A DNA stretch of 59,123 nt from an uncultured Myxococcales bacterium (GTDB taxonomy: Bacteria > Myxococcota_A > UBA9160 > SZUA-336). Below, in pieces: positions 36,699-45,937 of the stretch (position 1 is the first letter of the stretch; each line of letters starts with the position of its first letter). The notes below the pieces were generated by a model that was given only the letters and a program-made list of their open reading frames with translations, made no database searches and was not told the DNA's origin. The position numbers and the translations under genes are program-made. The stretch is taken from positions 1 through 59,123 of the forward strand of contig CAZOTO010000001.1 in assembly GCA_964582775.1 (NCBI GenBank), read 5' to 3'.

Positions 36699-37490
36699 AT
36701 GGAACCAGTCGGCTGGCTTCGATTCCTGGAGGAAATTGCCGACCAGGCGGACGCGATCGCCCTTCGTCACTTTCGGAGCGCGAGTCTCGACGTATCGGCA
36801 AAAGCCGACCTGAGCCCTGTGACCGAGGCGGACCTCGCCATCGAGGAACGGGCCAGGTTGCTCTCGAGGGAGAACCATCCACATCTCGGAGTGCTTGGCG
36901 AAGAGCACGGGGAGATTGCACGGATCGGTGAAACGCGCCTCATCATCGATCCCATTGATGCCACCTATAACTTCATGCGCGGAATCCCGGTGTTCGCAAC
37001 ACTCCTCGCCATTGAACGAGAGGGAGAGATCATCGCCGGACTGGTAAGCGCACCCGCGATGGGAGAGCGCTGGCGGGCCGCGCGAGGACACGGGGCCTAT
37101 CGGGGCGTCCGTCGCCTGAGGGTCTCGCGGATCTCCCATCCTGCGGATTCCCAGCTCTTCCACGGCAGCCTCCACGGGGCCGAGGCTTCCCCCTCTTCCG
37201 AGGGTGTGCTCCGCCTGAGCCGAACCACTCGCCGACAAAGGGGATTCGGCGACTTCTGGCAGCATTGCCTGGTTGCCGAGGGAGCTGGCGAGATTGCGGT
37301 CGATCCGGTTGCGAATCCGTGGGACGCCGCCGCTCTCCAGATCCTCGTCGAGGAAGCAGGTGGGAGGGCGACGACGTTGGAGGGCGAACGGACCATCTAC
37401 GGCGGGAGCCTCGTGTCCAGCAATGGGCATCTTCACGCCCATGCCCTTGAGCTCCTCCGCACACCGCCATCCCCGAACCGTCCCGACTAG
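36699..37490 (+). CDS. Inositol monophosphatase family protein (possibly histidinol-phosphatase HisN type)
   Basis: MEPVGWLRFLEEIADQADAIALRHF..SPVTEADLAIE..LIIDPIDATYNF..NPWDAAAL.. Confidence 0.82.
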   Translation: MEPVGWLRFLEEIADQADAIALRHFRSASLDVSAKADLSPVTEADLAIEERARLLSRENHPHLGVLGEEHGEIARIGETRLIIDPIDATYNFMRGIPVFATLLAIEREGEIIAGLVSAPAMGERWRAARGHGAYRGVRRLRVSRISHPADSQLFHGSLHGAEASPSSEGVLRLSRTTRRQRGFGDFWQHCLVAEGAGEIAVDPVANPWDAAALQILVEEAGGRATTLEGERTIYGGSLVSSNGHLHAHALELLRTPPSPNRPD

Positions 37491-37735
37491 CGCCGCGGGC
37501 GCGTGCGATTCCGACCCAAGGGATGCACCTGATCGATCGCATCGAGTGGGATCGTAAAGGCCACCGCATCACAATAGGCGTATCGCTCGGGCCGGGAGGA
37601 CCAGATCACGTGGCAGGTGAGCTCCTCTGAGTCGCAGGCCAAGACGCGCACCACTGCGACTTCCCCTCCCGTATGGATCCGCACGAGCGTTCCGCCCTGG
37701 AGAGCTCTCGAGATCTCGGAATCCTTGGCCTTCAC
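37487..37735 (-). CDS. Hypothetical small protein (82 aa)
   Basis: GTG start. Third codon positions are mostly G/C on hand inspection. No motif recognised. Stop overlaps the IMPase stop in a CTAG. Confidence 0.4.
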   Translation of the reverse strand: MKAKDSEISRALQGGTLVRIHTGGEVAVVRVLACDSEELTCHVIWSSRPERYAYCDAVAFTIPLDAIDQVHPLGRNRTRPRR

Positions 37736-37978
37736 GCATCGAAGGATAGCGTGGGAAGAGGTCTTCCAAATTTAGGAATCCAGCTCTCTCCGGATGGGGT
37801 TCGGCCGCCTTTGGATCGATCAAGAAATGTTCCCCTTTTTGATTTGGCTTGGGTTACAATCGCACGCAGCAGGGGCTCGGATGTCTTCAACAAATGGAGA
37901 ATCCCGGCCAAGGGTATCGACAGGGAGCTCCGGTGAACCCACTCGCCGGAGTCGACGGAGCAGGAACTGGCACCTCCT

Positions 37979-39316
37979 TTGCGGGGGGATAGGGGGAAGG
38001 TTGCCAGTGAGGCCGGGAACGTGGCTGGAACAGTTGGAATCCTCGGGAGCGGGATCGCAGGGCTCGCGACCGCATACTATCTCGCGAAGCTTGGGCACAG
38101 GCCCCGTGTGCTTGGCGTCTTCTCCTCGCGAGGAGGACGTTCTCCCGGACGCCCCCCTCGCGAATCGGAGATAGACCTACACGCGCACTGGATCCCCAGA
38201 GCAGACACCGCCTTGTGCGGCCTCTTGGCGGACCTGGGGGGGATGCATCGGGTAGCGTGGCGCTCTACCGCCCCCGCGCTCGCTCTCGATGGCCGAATCC
38301 ATCCTCTTCGGAAGACGAGCGACCTCTTGGCCATTCCCTCCCTGAGCCCCAAGGGCCGCCTGCGGGGAATGCTGGGGCTCTCCTATGCGACCAGTGGCCG
38401 CCTGTACGCCCTCGACCTCGATCGGGTGCAGGCCGTGGAGTGGCTACCACGAGTCGTCGGGCGAGAGGTCTTCGAACAGATCTTCCTCCCTACGCTCTCG
38501 AGTCGCTTCGGAGAATATGTGGACGAGGTCTCGGCGTACGCAGTCTGGCATCGCTTGAGCCAGTCCCTCCGCACAGGCCGGCAGCACGTCGCCGGTTTCC
38601 TGCGCGGCGGTTCCCCTTGGCTCGAGAACGCGCTGATCCGAGCCATCGAGGCACTGGGCGGAGCAGTGGTTCCCCGCTCCGAGATCGGCGGGATCGAATA
38701 CGGGCGGCGCGGCGCATGCATCGAGGTCGACGGTCGGGAGGAGTTCTTCGATGCGGTTGTCAGCACGACTCCCGATGCGTATCTCGCAAAGATTGCCAGG
38801 GGGCAACTTCTCAAAGTGCTCCCTGCGACGAGCGTGACGTACCAAAGCCGAATGACCGCGGTTGCCACCTGCAGCAAGCGAACCGGCCCGTACTTGTCGG
38901 CCGATATCGTGGATGAAGGTCTCCCTTTTCATCTCGTCGAGGAGACGTTCTTGCCCGGCGAAAAGGGCAGCTCATCGACGAGCCGGCTGGTTTACCTGAC
39001 GCGCTTCTGCGGAGAACATACGGAGGCGTACAAGTCTTCTGACGAGATCATTGCCGCCCAAGCACGAAACTGCTTGGAGCGAATCCACCCAGAGCTTCGC
39101 CCGGACGACATCCAGAGCATCCAAGTCTCGCGAACACCCGACGCGGACCCCATCCACTCGCTGGGATATCTCTCGCGAAAACCGAGCAGCCGAGTCGGTC
39201 AGACGTCGATCTTCACGTGCACCGCCGCACAGGCCTACCCCAAGCCCTATGGCTGGAACACCAGTGTGATGCTCGCGCGTGAGGTTGCTGCGCTCGTCGC
39301 TCGCCACCTCGATTGA
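37979..39316 (+). CDS. FAD-dependent oxidoreductase (amine oxidase / protoporphyrinogen oxidase-like fold)
   Basis: ..VGILGSGIAGLATAYYLAKLGH.. dinucleotide-binding motif. Start is TTG 37979 or GTG 38021. Confidence 0.75.
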   Translation: MRGDRGKVASEAGNVAGTVGILGSGIAGLATAYYLAKLGHRPRVLGVFSSRGGRSPGRPPRESEIDLHAHWIPRADTALCGLLADLGGMHRVAWRSTAPALALDGRIHPLRKTSDLLAIPSLSPKGRLRGMLGLSYATSGRLYALDLDRVQAVEWLPRVVGREVFEQIFLPTLSSRFGEYVDEVSAYAVWHRLSQSLRTGRQHVAGFLRGGSPWLENALIRAIEALGGAVVPRSEIGGIEYGRRGACIEVDGREEFFDAVVSTTPDAYLAKIARGQLLKVLPATSVTYQSRMTAVATCSKRTGPYLSADIVDEGLPFHLVEETFLPGEKGSSSTSRLVYLTRFCGEHTEAYKSSDEIIAAQARNCLERIHPELRPDDIQSIQVSRTPDADPIHSLGYLSRKPSSRVGQTSIFTCTAAQAYPKPYGWNTSVMLAREVAALVARHLD

Positions 39317-40305
39317 TCGAATCCGAGGAGTACGATCGCGTGTCCGGACTGATGGAGAGGCACGTCGTGATCGTCGGACATGGCTCGATCGGCGCCCTCT
39401 GGGCGGATTCCGTATCCGAGTTTCCACAGCTCGTTCTCGACGGAATCGTTGAGCCAGATGTTTCTTCCGGGCGGACATTCTCCGGCACGAGCATATTCGC
39501 CTCCGCCGAGGCGCTGCTCCGATGTGGTCCCCCGCCGGATCTAGCGCTGATCGGCAGTCCATCCGCGAATCACGTGGAAGCCGCTGAGGGACTTCTCTCC
39601 GTTGGCGCCCACGTTCTCGTTGCCCCACCTCTTACAACGACTCTCGGCGATGCAGAACGGATCCATGAAATGGTCCACAGAAATCGATGCGTTGCCAGAA
39701 GCCACGCAGGGTGGACGGATACCGATGCGTTGAGAACCGCGAAGCTCCTACTCGAGAGCTCACGCATCGGGCCCCTGCGCAGAATGGAATGTACGATGGG
39801 CGAAAAGCGCGCCATCGTCTGCGATTGGCGAGCGGATCCCTCACGATCAGGGGGCGGGGTTTGGATGGAATACGGCGCGCACGCACTCGAAATCGTCGAG
39901 TGGATCGCCGGTTCTATCGATGGCATTCGCATGTTTCGCATGAAATCGGAACAAGGAAGCGATGTCGAGGACGAAGCCGAAGTTGCATTCAGACATACTT
40001 CGGGCCTGGTTTCCCGGGTCCGGGCAACATGGAACGAAGACAGCTCTGCTCCCTTGGTTCATCTCACCGGAGAGCAGGGTGAGATCTTGATTGGCCGAGC
40101 TCGATCGATTCTGGTCGCTCCCGATGGATCGAAGGAGGTCATCGGCCTCGGAATCAACCCCCGGAACCTCGCAAGTGCCGGACTCGCGCGGTTCTTGCGC
40201 GACATTCGTCGTCGCGAGGAAGATGCGGACGCTGGCATCAGGGCTCTTCGGTGGATCCATGCTGCCTATCGAAGCATTCATGGAGGTCGCTGGGAAGCTT
40301 CCTGA
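39313..40305 (+). CDS. Gfo/Idh/MocA-family oxidoreductase
   Basis: ..HVVIVGHGSIGALWADSV.. Rossmann N-terminus, ..SPSANHVEAAEGLLSVGAHVLVAPP.. ATGA overlap with the upstream gene. Confidence 0.7.
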   Translation: MIESEEYDRVSGLMERHVVIVGHGSIGALWADSVSEFPQLVLDGIVEPDVSSGRTFSGTSIFASAEALLRCGPPPDLALIGSPSANHVEAAEGLLSVGAHVLVAPPLTTTLGDAERIHEMVHRNRCVARSHAGWTDTDALRTAKLLLESSRIGPLRRMECTMGEKRAIVCDWRADPSRSGGGVWMEYGAHALEIVEWIAGSIDGIRMFRMKSEQGSDVEDEAEVAFRHTSGLVSRVRATWNEDSSAPLVHLTGEQGEILIGRARSILVAPDGSKEVIGLGINPRNLASAGLARFLRDIRRREEDADAGIRALRWIHAAYRSIHGGRWEAS

Positions 40306-40317
40306 CCTCGGCTGTTT

Positions 40318-41466
40318 CTAGTCCGTTCCAGAGCGGCGATTCACGATGATCCGATCGAGCTCCACGCGTAGGACATCGAGAACCTCATCGTAGCCATAGC
40401 TTCCGATTCGTTCGGGTCCGCGTTTCAGGTTCACCGAACGTGGCCCACACCACAGACCGAGATCTGCGTCGTCCGTTTCTCCCGGGCCGTTCACTCGACA
40501 CCCCATGACTGCAATCGTCACATCGTGTTCTCGAGCGTAGCGAGTCGCCTCCCGCACCCTTTCCGCGAGGTCGACGAAGGCCTCGTTCTCGACGCGCGAG
40601 CAAGACGGACAGGAAATGATATTGAGACCCTCTAGTCTCGGTACTGCGCGAGTGCTCCCAGATCGTACGTCCTCGATGATGCGCAGACCGATTTCGACTT
40701 CTTCGTGCTTTCTTTCTCGCGGAAGAGTGAGCGATACGCGCAGCGTGTCGCCTATTCCTTCCGACAGAAGTCGCTCGAACGCGATCCTTGACTTGATCTC
40801 TCCCCACGGAAGGAGTCCGGCTTCCGTCACGCCGAGATGGAGGGGAACATCGGGACGCTCGCTCGCAAAGCGGAGATTCGCATCGATCACTTTCTCGGGA
40901 TTCGAGTCCTTGAGAGAGACCACAAAGTTCGTGAATCCCAAGTCATCGAGAAGTGAACAATGATCGATCGCGCACGAAACCATCGCAGCCACCGTGTCGT
41001 CCGGAAACCGTTCGATGTATTCCGGAGCCACGGATCCGCAGTTCACACCAATGCGGAGTGCACACCCGCAAGACCCAGCAACATCGACCAGCCATGCAAC
41101 TTTGTCTCGTACGGAGCGCTTCCGTTCGTGGTGATGCAGGTGTCCAGGGTTATAGCGCAGCTTTGCGACATAAGGGGCCACATGTTGGGCCAGCCGGTAG
41201 TTCTCCTGGAGATCGACCACCAAGGGCACACCGGTACGGCGACGAACCTCGGCAAGGGCATCGGCGTCGCGTTCAGTATCGACGGCGATCCGAACGAGCG
41301 CAGCTCCCGCCTCATGCAGTCGTTGAGCGTGGAGCGCTGTCAGATCTATATCCTTCGTGGGCGTCGCGCACATGCTCTGCACCGAAATCGGCGCACCCCC
41401 GCCGATCCGAACCGTTCCAGCAAGAACGGCACGTGTCGCATTGCGCATAGGAAGGCTTTGGTTCAT
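40318..41466 (-). CDS. ispG: 4-hydroxy-3-methylbut-2-en-1-yl diphosphate synthase
   Basis: 382 aa: ..[55 protein letters not shown].. Confidence 0.92.
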   Translation of the reverse strand: MNQSLPMRNATRAVLAGTVRIGGGAPISVQSMCATPTKDIDLTALHAQRLHEAGAALVRIAVDTERDADALAEVRRRTGVPLVVDLQENYRLAQHVAPYVAKLRYNPGHLHHHERKRSVRDKVAWLVDVAGSCGCALRIGVNCGSVAPEYIERFPDDTVAAMVSCAIDHCSLLDDLGFTNFVVSLKDSNPEKVIDANLRFASERPDVPLHLGVTEAGLLPWGEIKSRIAFERLLSEGIGDTLRVSLTLPRERKHEEVEIGLRIIEDVRSGSTRAVPRLEGLNIISCPSCSRVENEAFVDLAERVREATRYAREHDVTIAVMGCRVNGPGETDDADLGLWCGPRSVNLKRGPERIGSYGYDEVLDVLRVELDRIIVNRRSGTD

Positions 41467-41516
41467 CGCCGCGCAAGCCTAGCATCTGGCCAAAACCCGC
41501 CAAGATCTTCTGATCG

Positions 41517-42497
41517 TTAGACCGAATCGAGTCCCCAGACATAGACCGGAACCCTGGGCGGATGACCCGGATCCCCAAAGACGGTGCGCGGGCTCTCGCC
41601 CCCAAACCACCTCTCATCCAGGATTCGGAACATCGCGAACGACCCCAACTCCACGGATTCACACTGCGAAGGATCAACGGGGGGAGGGAGACAATCGGGC
41701 GCGAGAATGGCGACGCCATCTCCGCGCTCGGCTGCGACGAAACGGAGGATCCGTTCGACATCGCGCGGATCGCCCGCCCATTCGTGGATGACGCCCTGCA
41801 GGTCGCGCCCCTTGCCTTCTATGCAATAGGCGGTCGTTGCGCGCTCTCGTTCGTGGACGTAGAGATGGGTATCCGGGACGGAAAGGAGGCGCTCGAGATC
41901 CGGTACGCTGCGCACCGCACGCACGGGATGTCGCTCGAACAGCGGCAGGATCGCCGAGGCGTCTCCACTCGTCCCAGTGCGAATATTCTCATTCATTCTG
42001 TTTCTCTTTCGACCTTCGTCCGGAGCATGCGAAAATCCGCGAGGTGCGATTCGCATCACCTTCTCCCGGCCGGCCAGCGCGAAACCGAGGCGTTCGTACA
42101 ACCGACTCGGAGTTCCGAACAGCCAAGCGACGACTGCACCCGCCTGCCTAGCCTCCTCGATACAGGCGCGGACCACTCTCGCTGCGAATCCATGACCCCG
42201 GGAGCCACGAGCAGTGGTTACCAGTCCGATCCCAGCGGAGGGGATCCGCTTCTCTCGCGAGACGAGCTCGACCGCACGCCAAGCCGCGTGTGAGACGATC
42301 CTGTCGCATTCGTCCAGCAATACGACTTGATGGCCGGCATTTTCCTCCCCCATGAGAAGCGGGAACTCCCCGGAGACTCCTGGAACGTCATCGAACTCCG
42401 CATCCACGAATCGCGCAAGCTCCCGGCATCGATCGAGCGGGAGCTTTGCGACACGAAACTGGCCCACGGAGGCCTCGGGAGATTCTTTTCCATTCAT
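41517..42497 (-). CDS. GNAT-family N-acetyltransferase with C-terminal extension (Eis-like layout)
   Basis: ..[38 protein letters not shown].. acetyl-CoA binding motif, followed by a second ~170-aa domain. Confidence 0.7.
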   Translation of the reverse strand: MNGKESPEASVGQFRVAKLPLDRCRELARFVDAEFDDVPGVSGEFPLLMGEENAGHQVVLLDECDRIVSHAAWRAVELVSREKRIPSAGIGLVTTARGSRGHGFAARVVRACIEEARQAGAVVAWLFGTPSRLYERLGFALAGREKVMRIAPRGFSHAPDEGRKRNRMNENIRTGTSGDASAILPLFERHPVRAVRSVPDLERLLSVPDTHLYVHERERATTAYCIEGKGRDLQGVIHEWAGDPRDVERILRFVAAERGDGVAILAPDCLPPPVDPSQCESVELGSFAMFRILDERWFGGESPRTVFGDPGHPPRVPVYVWGLDSV

Positions 42498-42570
42498 GAC
42501 GATCGGTTACGCGATGATCTGCGTCCCGCGGATAGGATGCATGGTCTTTTCGCAATATTCCAACTCCGCT

Positions 42571-42597
42571 TAAGCCCGGTACTTGCGATCCCGAAAG
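42571..42597 (+). promoter_or_regulatory. Sigma-28 (FliA)-like promoter candidate for fliC
   Basis: TAAG-N15-CCCGAAAG compared with the consensus TAAA-N15-GCCGATAA (3/4 and 5/8 matches), about 115 nt upstream of the fliC ATG. Confidence 0.3.
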
Positions 42598-42710
42598 GCG
42601 GTTTGCAGCGGGGGGTCCGCCGCACACCATCCGGCGACAGAGGAGGAGCCGGAGGTGGAGAGCGAGGCAGGGAGGCCTCGCGCGACGCATTCACGGAGGA
42701 ACTTCAGACA

Positions 42711-43559
42711 ATGGGTCTACGGATCAACACGAATCTGGCGTCTCTGAACGCCCAGAAGAACTTGAGCAAGTCACAGGTAGCGTTGGAGCGCTCCCTCGAT
42801 CGATTGTCGTCCGGTCTGCGGATCACCCGCGCATCGGATGACGCCGCCGGGTTGGCGATTTCCGAGTCTCTTCGCGCGCAGATTCGCGGCCTCGGGCAGG
42901 CGCAGCGAAATGCGAACGACGGGATCTCGGTCATCCAGACGGCAGAGGGTGCACTGAACGAGATCTCGAACATCCTCATCCGGATGCGCGAGCTCGCGGT
43001 TCAGTCTTCGTCGGAGGGATCGATCTCCAACACGGAGCGATCGTTCCTCCAGAACGAGTTCAGCGCCCTGCAGTCCGAGATCACCCGGATCGCGAGCTCG
43101 ACGAAGTTCGGGGGCCGAACCCTCGTCGACGGATCGCTGTCGGGCAGCGGCAATGCGCTCACCTTCCAGGTGGGAATCTTCAACGACGCCGCGGTGGACC
43201 GCATCTCGCTGTCCATCGGAAACGCGACCGCCAGCGGTCTCGGTGTGACCGCATCCGACGCCGCCATCTCCACGGCGGCCTCGGCGCAGGCGGCTCTCAG
43301 CACGATCGATTCGGCACTCTCGTCCGTGTCGACCCTGCGCGGTGACCTGGGTGCAGCGCAGAACCGGCTGCAGAGCACGATCAACAACCTGGGCCAGTCG
43401 GTCGAGAATCTTTCGGCCGCGAATTCCCGCATCCGCGACGTGGACGTGGCGGAGGAGACGGCGGCGCTCACGCGCAACCAGGTGCTGCAGCAGGCGGGTA
43501 TTGCCGTCCTCGCGCAGGCGAACGTGTCCTCGCAGGCGGCCCTGTCGCTCCTGCAGTAA
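42711..43559 (+). CDS. fliC: Flagellin (short, D0/D1-only type, 282 aa)
   Basis: [121 protein letters not shown] upstream. Confidence 0.95.
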   Translation: MGLRINTNLASLNAQKNLSKSQVALERSLDRLSSGLRITRASDDAAGLAISESLRAQIRGLGQAQRNANDGISVIQTAEGALNEISNILIRMRELAVQSSSEGSISNTERSFLQNEFSALQSEITRIASSTKFGGRTLVDGSLSGSGNALTFQVGIFNDAAVDRISLSIGNATASGLGVTASDAAISTAASAQAALSTIDSALSSVSTLRGDLGAAQNRLQSTINNLGQSVENLSAANSRIRDVDVAEETAALTRNQVLQQAGIAVLAQANVSSQAALSLLQ

Positions 43560-43566
43560 CCAGGGT

Positions 43567-43625
43567 GGGGACTCGAGTCCCCGGATTCGAGATGGGGAGG
43601 AGGGGTCGACCCCCCTTCTCCCCAT
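43567..43625 (+). terminator. Two consecutive GC-rich hairpins after fliC
   Basis: GGGGACTCGAGTCCCC (43567-43582) is a perfect palindrome. ATGGGGAGGAGGGG-tcga-CCCCCCTTCTCCCCAT (43592-43625) has one G-U pair. No long U-tract. Confidence 0.6.
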
Positions 43626-43699
43626 TCGCATTCCAGACAGAACGATCGGTTTCATTTCGGGGCTAAATCACAGCTCGGTTGCGCACGAAAGAAAGGGAC

Positions 43700-45091
43700 A
43701 TGAGCAGCGGAATCGGCGCCATCACGTTCCAGGGTTTGAGCTCCGGCCTCGACACCCAGGAGATCATCGACAAGCTCCTCGAACTGGAGCGCCGCCCGAT
43801 CAGTTTGATCGAGGACAAGAAGACACGCGCGGAAGAAAAGCGCACGATCCTCGAAGACCTCAATACGAAGACACGCACCCTTCGCGATATCCTGCGCAAG
43901 ATTGATAACATGAACACGCTCGGATCCGGCCTCTCTTCCAGCGAGGAGTTCAGGCGGTTCGAGGCGAGTTCGAGCGATGAGACGATCGCTACCGCGACGG
44001 CGGGCGGCCGCGCGATGGGAGGAAGCATCGTCATCGGCGTCGAACAGCTCGCCCAGCAGGAGCGAAATTCCTCGAACGGATTCAGCGAAGAGAACAGCTC
44101 CGTTGGGACCGGAACGCTTCAATTCCGCGTTGGTTCCGGAGATCCCGTTTCGATCACGATCGATTCGAGCAACGAGGGGCTGACGGATCTCGCAGCAGCG
44201 GTCAATGATGCCAATGCCGGAGTGGGAGCGTTCGTTATCTATGACGGAGGCGCGAGTGCAAGCCCCTATCGATTGGTGATCTCGAGCACAGAGACCGGAG
44301 CGGATCACGCCATCACCTTCGACTCCGTTCCCACTGGGTTGACACTTACCGAAAGCCAGGCCGCACAAAACGCGCGAATCATCATCGACCGGGGCCAGCC
44401 CGGAGCCATTACCATCGAGAGCGCGACGAACACATTCGACTCCATTGCTCAAGACCTATCCATAACGGTGAAGCGAGTCGATCCAACGAACGACGTGACG
44501 ATCTCGCTGGACCAGAGCACCGACAAGATCGTCGAGAACCTAAAGGGTGTCGTCGATGCCTACAACGAGATCATTTCCATCATCGATGAGCAGGCGGTCA
44601 TCAACCCAGCAACGAATCGCGGGGGGCCGTTGATTGGAGATCGAACGCTCCTCGATCTGAAGCAGGCGCTTGCGACCGCGATTTCGACCACCACTGGGTC
44701 TGGAAGTGTCACGTCGGCGTTCCAGGTCGGCCTGACGATCGACCGCGACGGCCTGCTCACCTTGGATGAGGACAAGCTTCGGTCTGCTCTCGACGCGAGT
44801 TTCGATGACGTCTCGGAGTTCTTCGCTACCCGCGGAGGCGGCTTCGTCTCGTTCTCGGATCGGCTCCGCAAGGTAACGGATCGATTCGTGGACGCCGTCG
44901 ATGGCGCTCTCGTTGCCCGGATCGAGGGTGCCAACCGGACGATCTCCGATCTCGCGAAGGACATCGAGGACGCAGAGGACCGCCTGGAGAGGTCCGAACA
45001 GAGCCTCGTGCTCAAGTTCTCACAGCTCGAGCGCCTGATCTCTCAGATGAAGCAACAGAGCGACTACCTGGCTCAGTATCTGCTTTCATAG
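43700..45091 (+). CDS. fliD: Flagellar filament cap protein
   Basis: MSSGIGAITFQGLSSGLDTQEIIDKLLELERRPISLIEDKK.. and a C-terminal coiled coil ..LVLKFSQLERLISQMKQQSDYLAQ.. Confidence 0.9.
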   Translation: MSSGIGAITFQGLSSGLDTQEIIDKLLELERRPISLIEDKKTRAEEKRTILEDLNTKTRTLRDILRKIDNMNTLGSGLSSSEEFRRFEASSSDETIATATAGGRAMGGSIVIGVEQLAQQERNSSNGFSEENSSVGTGTLQFRVGSGDPVSITIDSSNEGLTDLAAAVNDANAGVGAFVIYDGGASASPYRLVISSTETGADHAITFDSVPTGLTLTESQAAQNARIIIDRGQPGAITIESATNTFDSIAQDLSITVKRVDPTNDVTISLDQSTDKIVENLKGVVDAYNEIISIIDEQAVINPATNRGGPLIGDRTLLDLKQALATAISTTTGSGSVTSAFQVGLTIDRDGLLTLDEDKLRSALDASFDDVSEFFATRGGGFVSFSDRLRKVTDRFVDAVDGALVARIEGANRTISDLAKDIEDAEDRLERSEQSLVLKFSQLERLISQMKQQSDYLAQYLLS

Positions 45092-45121
45092 CGCGGCCGT
45101 AGCAATCCGAGGAGGGGAGCG

Positions 45122-45517
45122 ATGTACACGAATACAGCAGTTGCACATGCGGCGTATCAGAGCGGACAGGTACACGCTGCTGGGCCCGTTCGGATCGTCG
45201 TGCTGCTGTACGATGGGGCGATCCGGTTTGCGCGAAAGGCGCTCACCCATTTCGACGAGGTTTCCATCCGTGGCGAGGCCCTCGGGCGTTCTCATGCGAT
45301 CGTTACGGAGCTTCTCGGTGCGCTCGATGCCGAAAAGGGCGGCGAGATCGCCTACAACCTGGCACGGCTCTACGAGTTCGTTCTCGATCGACTGATTCAG
45401 GCAAACGTACGAGGGGATCGCAAGGGGCTCGCGGGCGCGATCTCGGTCATGGAGACGCTCGCCTCGAGTTGGAGAGAGATCGACACGGCTCCCATGGTGC
45501 AGAGGTCTCACCCATGA
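45122..45517 (+). CDS. fliS: Flagellin-specific export chaperone
   Basis: 131 aa: ..AAYQSGQVHAAGPVRIVVLLYDGAIRFARKA..ITELLGALD..GGEIAYNLARLYEFVLDRLIQAN.. Confidence 0.9.
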   Translation: MYTNTAVAHAAYQSGQVHAAGPVRIVVLLYDGAIRFARKALTHFDEVSIRGEALGRSHAIVTELLGALDAEKGGEIAYNLARLYEFVLDRLIQANVRGDRKGLAGAISVMETLASSWREIDTAPMVQRSHP

Positions 45518-45843
45518 TCGACCGCCGCTTCCTCGAGTGGCTCGAGGAGTCGGAGCGGATCCTGGGCGCTCCCGAGGTGAGCCGGGCCGAGATCATCGCC
45601 CGGGCCGCCGAGCGCAGGGCGTCTCTCGTACGGTCGCTCGACCTGCTTCCGCCCGACGATCTGCCCCCTCGCGAGATCGCAGAGCGACTCGTGGCGACGG
45701 AGCGGGCGATCGCGGAGTTGATGGCCCGCGCACTCGACCGAACGCGCGAGGAACTCGCTGGCATCCGCCGGGCACAGGTTGCGGTGCATGGCTATCGGCC
45801 GACGAAGGTCCGAGGGCCATCCCTTCTTTCACGGTCGATCTGA
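45514..45843 (+). CDS. Small helical protein in the fliT position (FliT-like, tentative)
   Basis: ATGA overlap with fliS. 109 aa. The pattern ..RRASLVRSLDLLPPDDLPPREIAERLVATERAIAELM..ELAGIRRAQVAVHGYRP resembles Bacillus-type FliT (..reaL..i.PPyt.eE..kk.k..Y.nPY). Confidence 0.4.
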   Translation: MIDRRFLEWLEESERILGAPEVSRAEIIARAAERRASLVRSLDLLPPDDLPPREIAERLVATERAIAELMARALDRTREELAGIRRAQVAVHGYRPTKVRGPSLLSRSI

Positions 45844-45937
45844 CCCCCCGCGGCAGATCCTGCCGGGTCTGCGTCGTCCGTGTCCAACCCTGTCGAGATA
45901 CGGCGGCAGATGGCCGAGACCCTGATGGGCATGCCTC

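Noticed and set aside
37853-37858. TACAAT -10-like hexamer upstream of the FAD oxidoreductase
   Set aside because: No acceptable -35 element lies at 16-18 bp spacing. The nearby TTGATT is only 10 bp away.
43567-43582. tRNA-like string GGACTCGAGTCC after fliC
   Set aside because: It is a self-complementary 16-mer forming a simple hairpin. No acceptor, D or anticodon arms surround it. No tRNA-like T-loop context was found anywhere in the window by eye.
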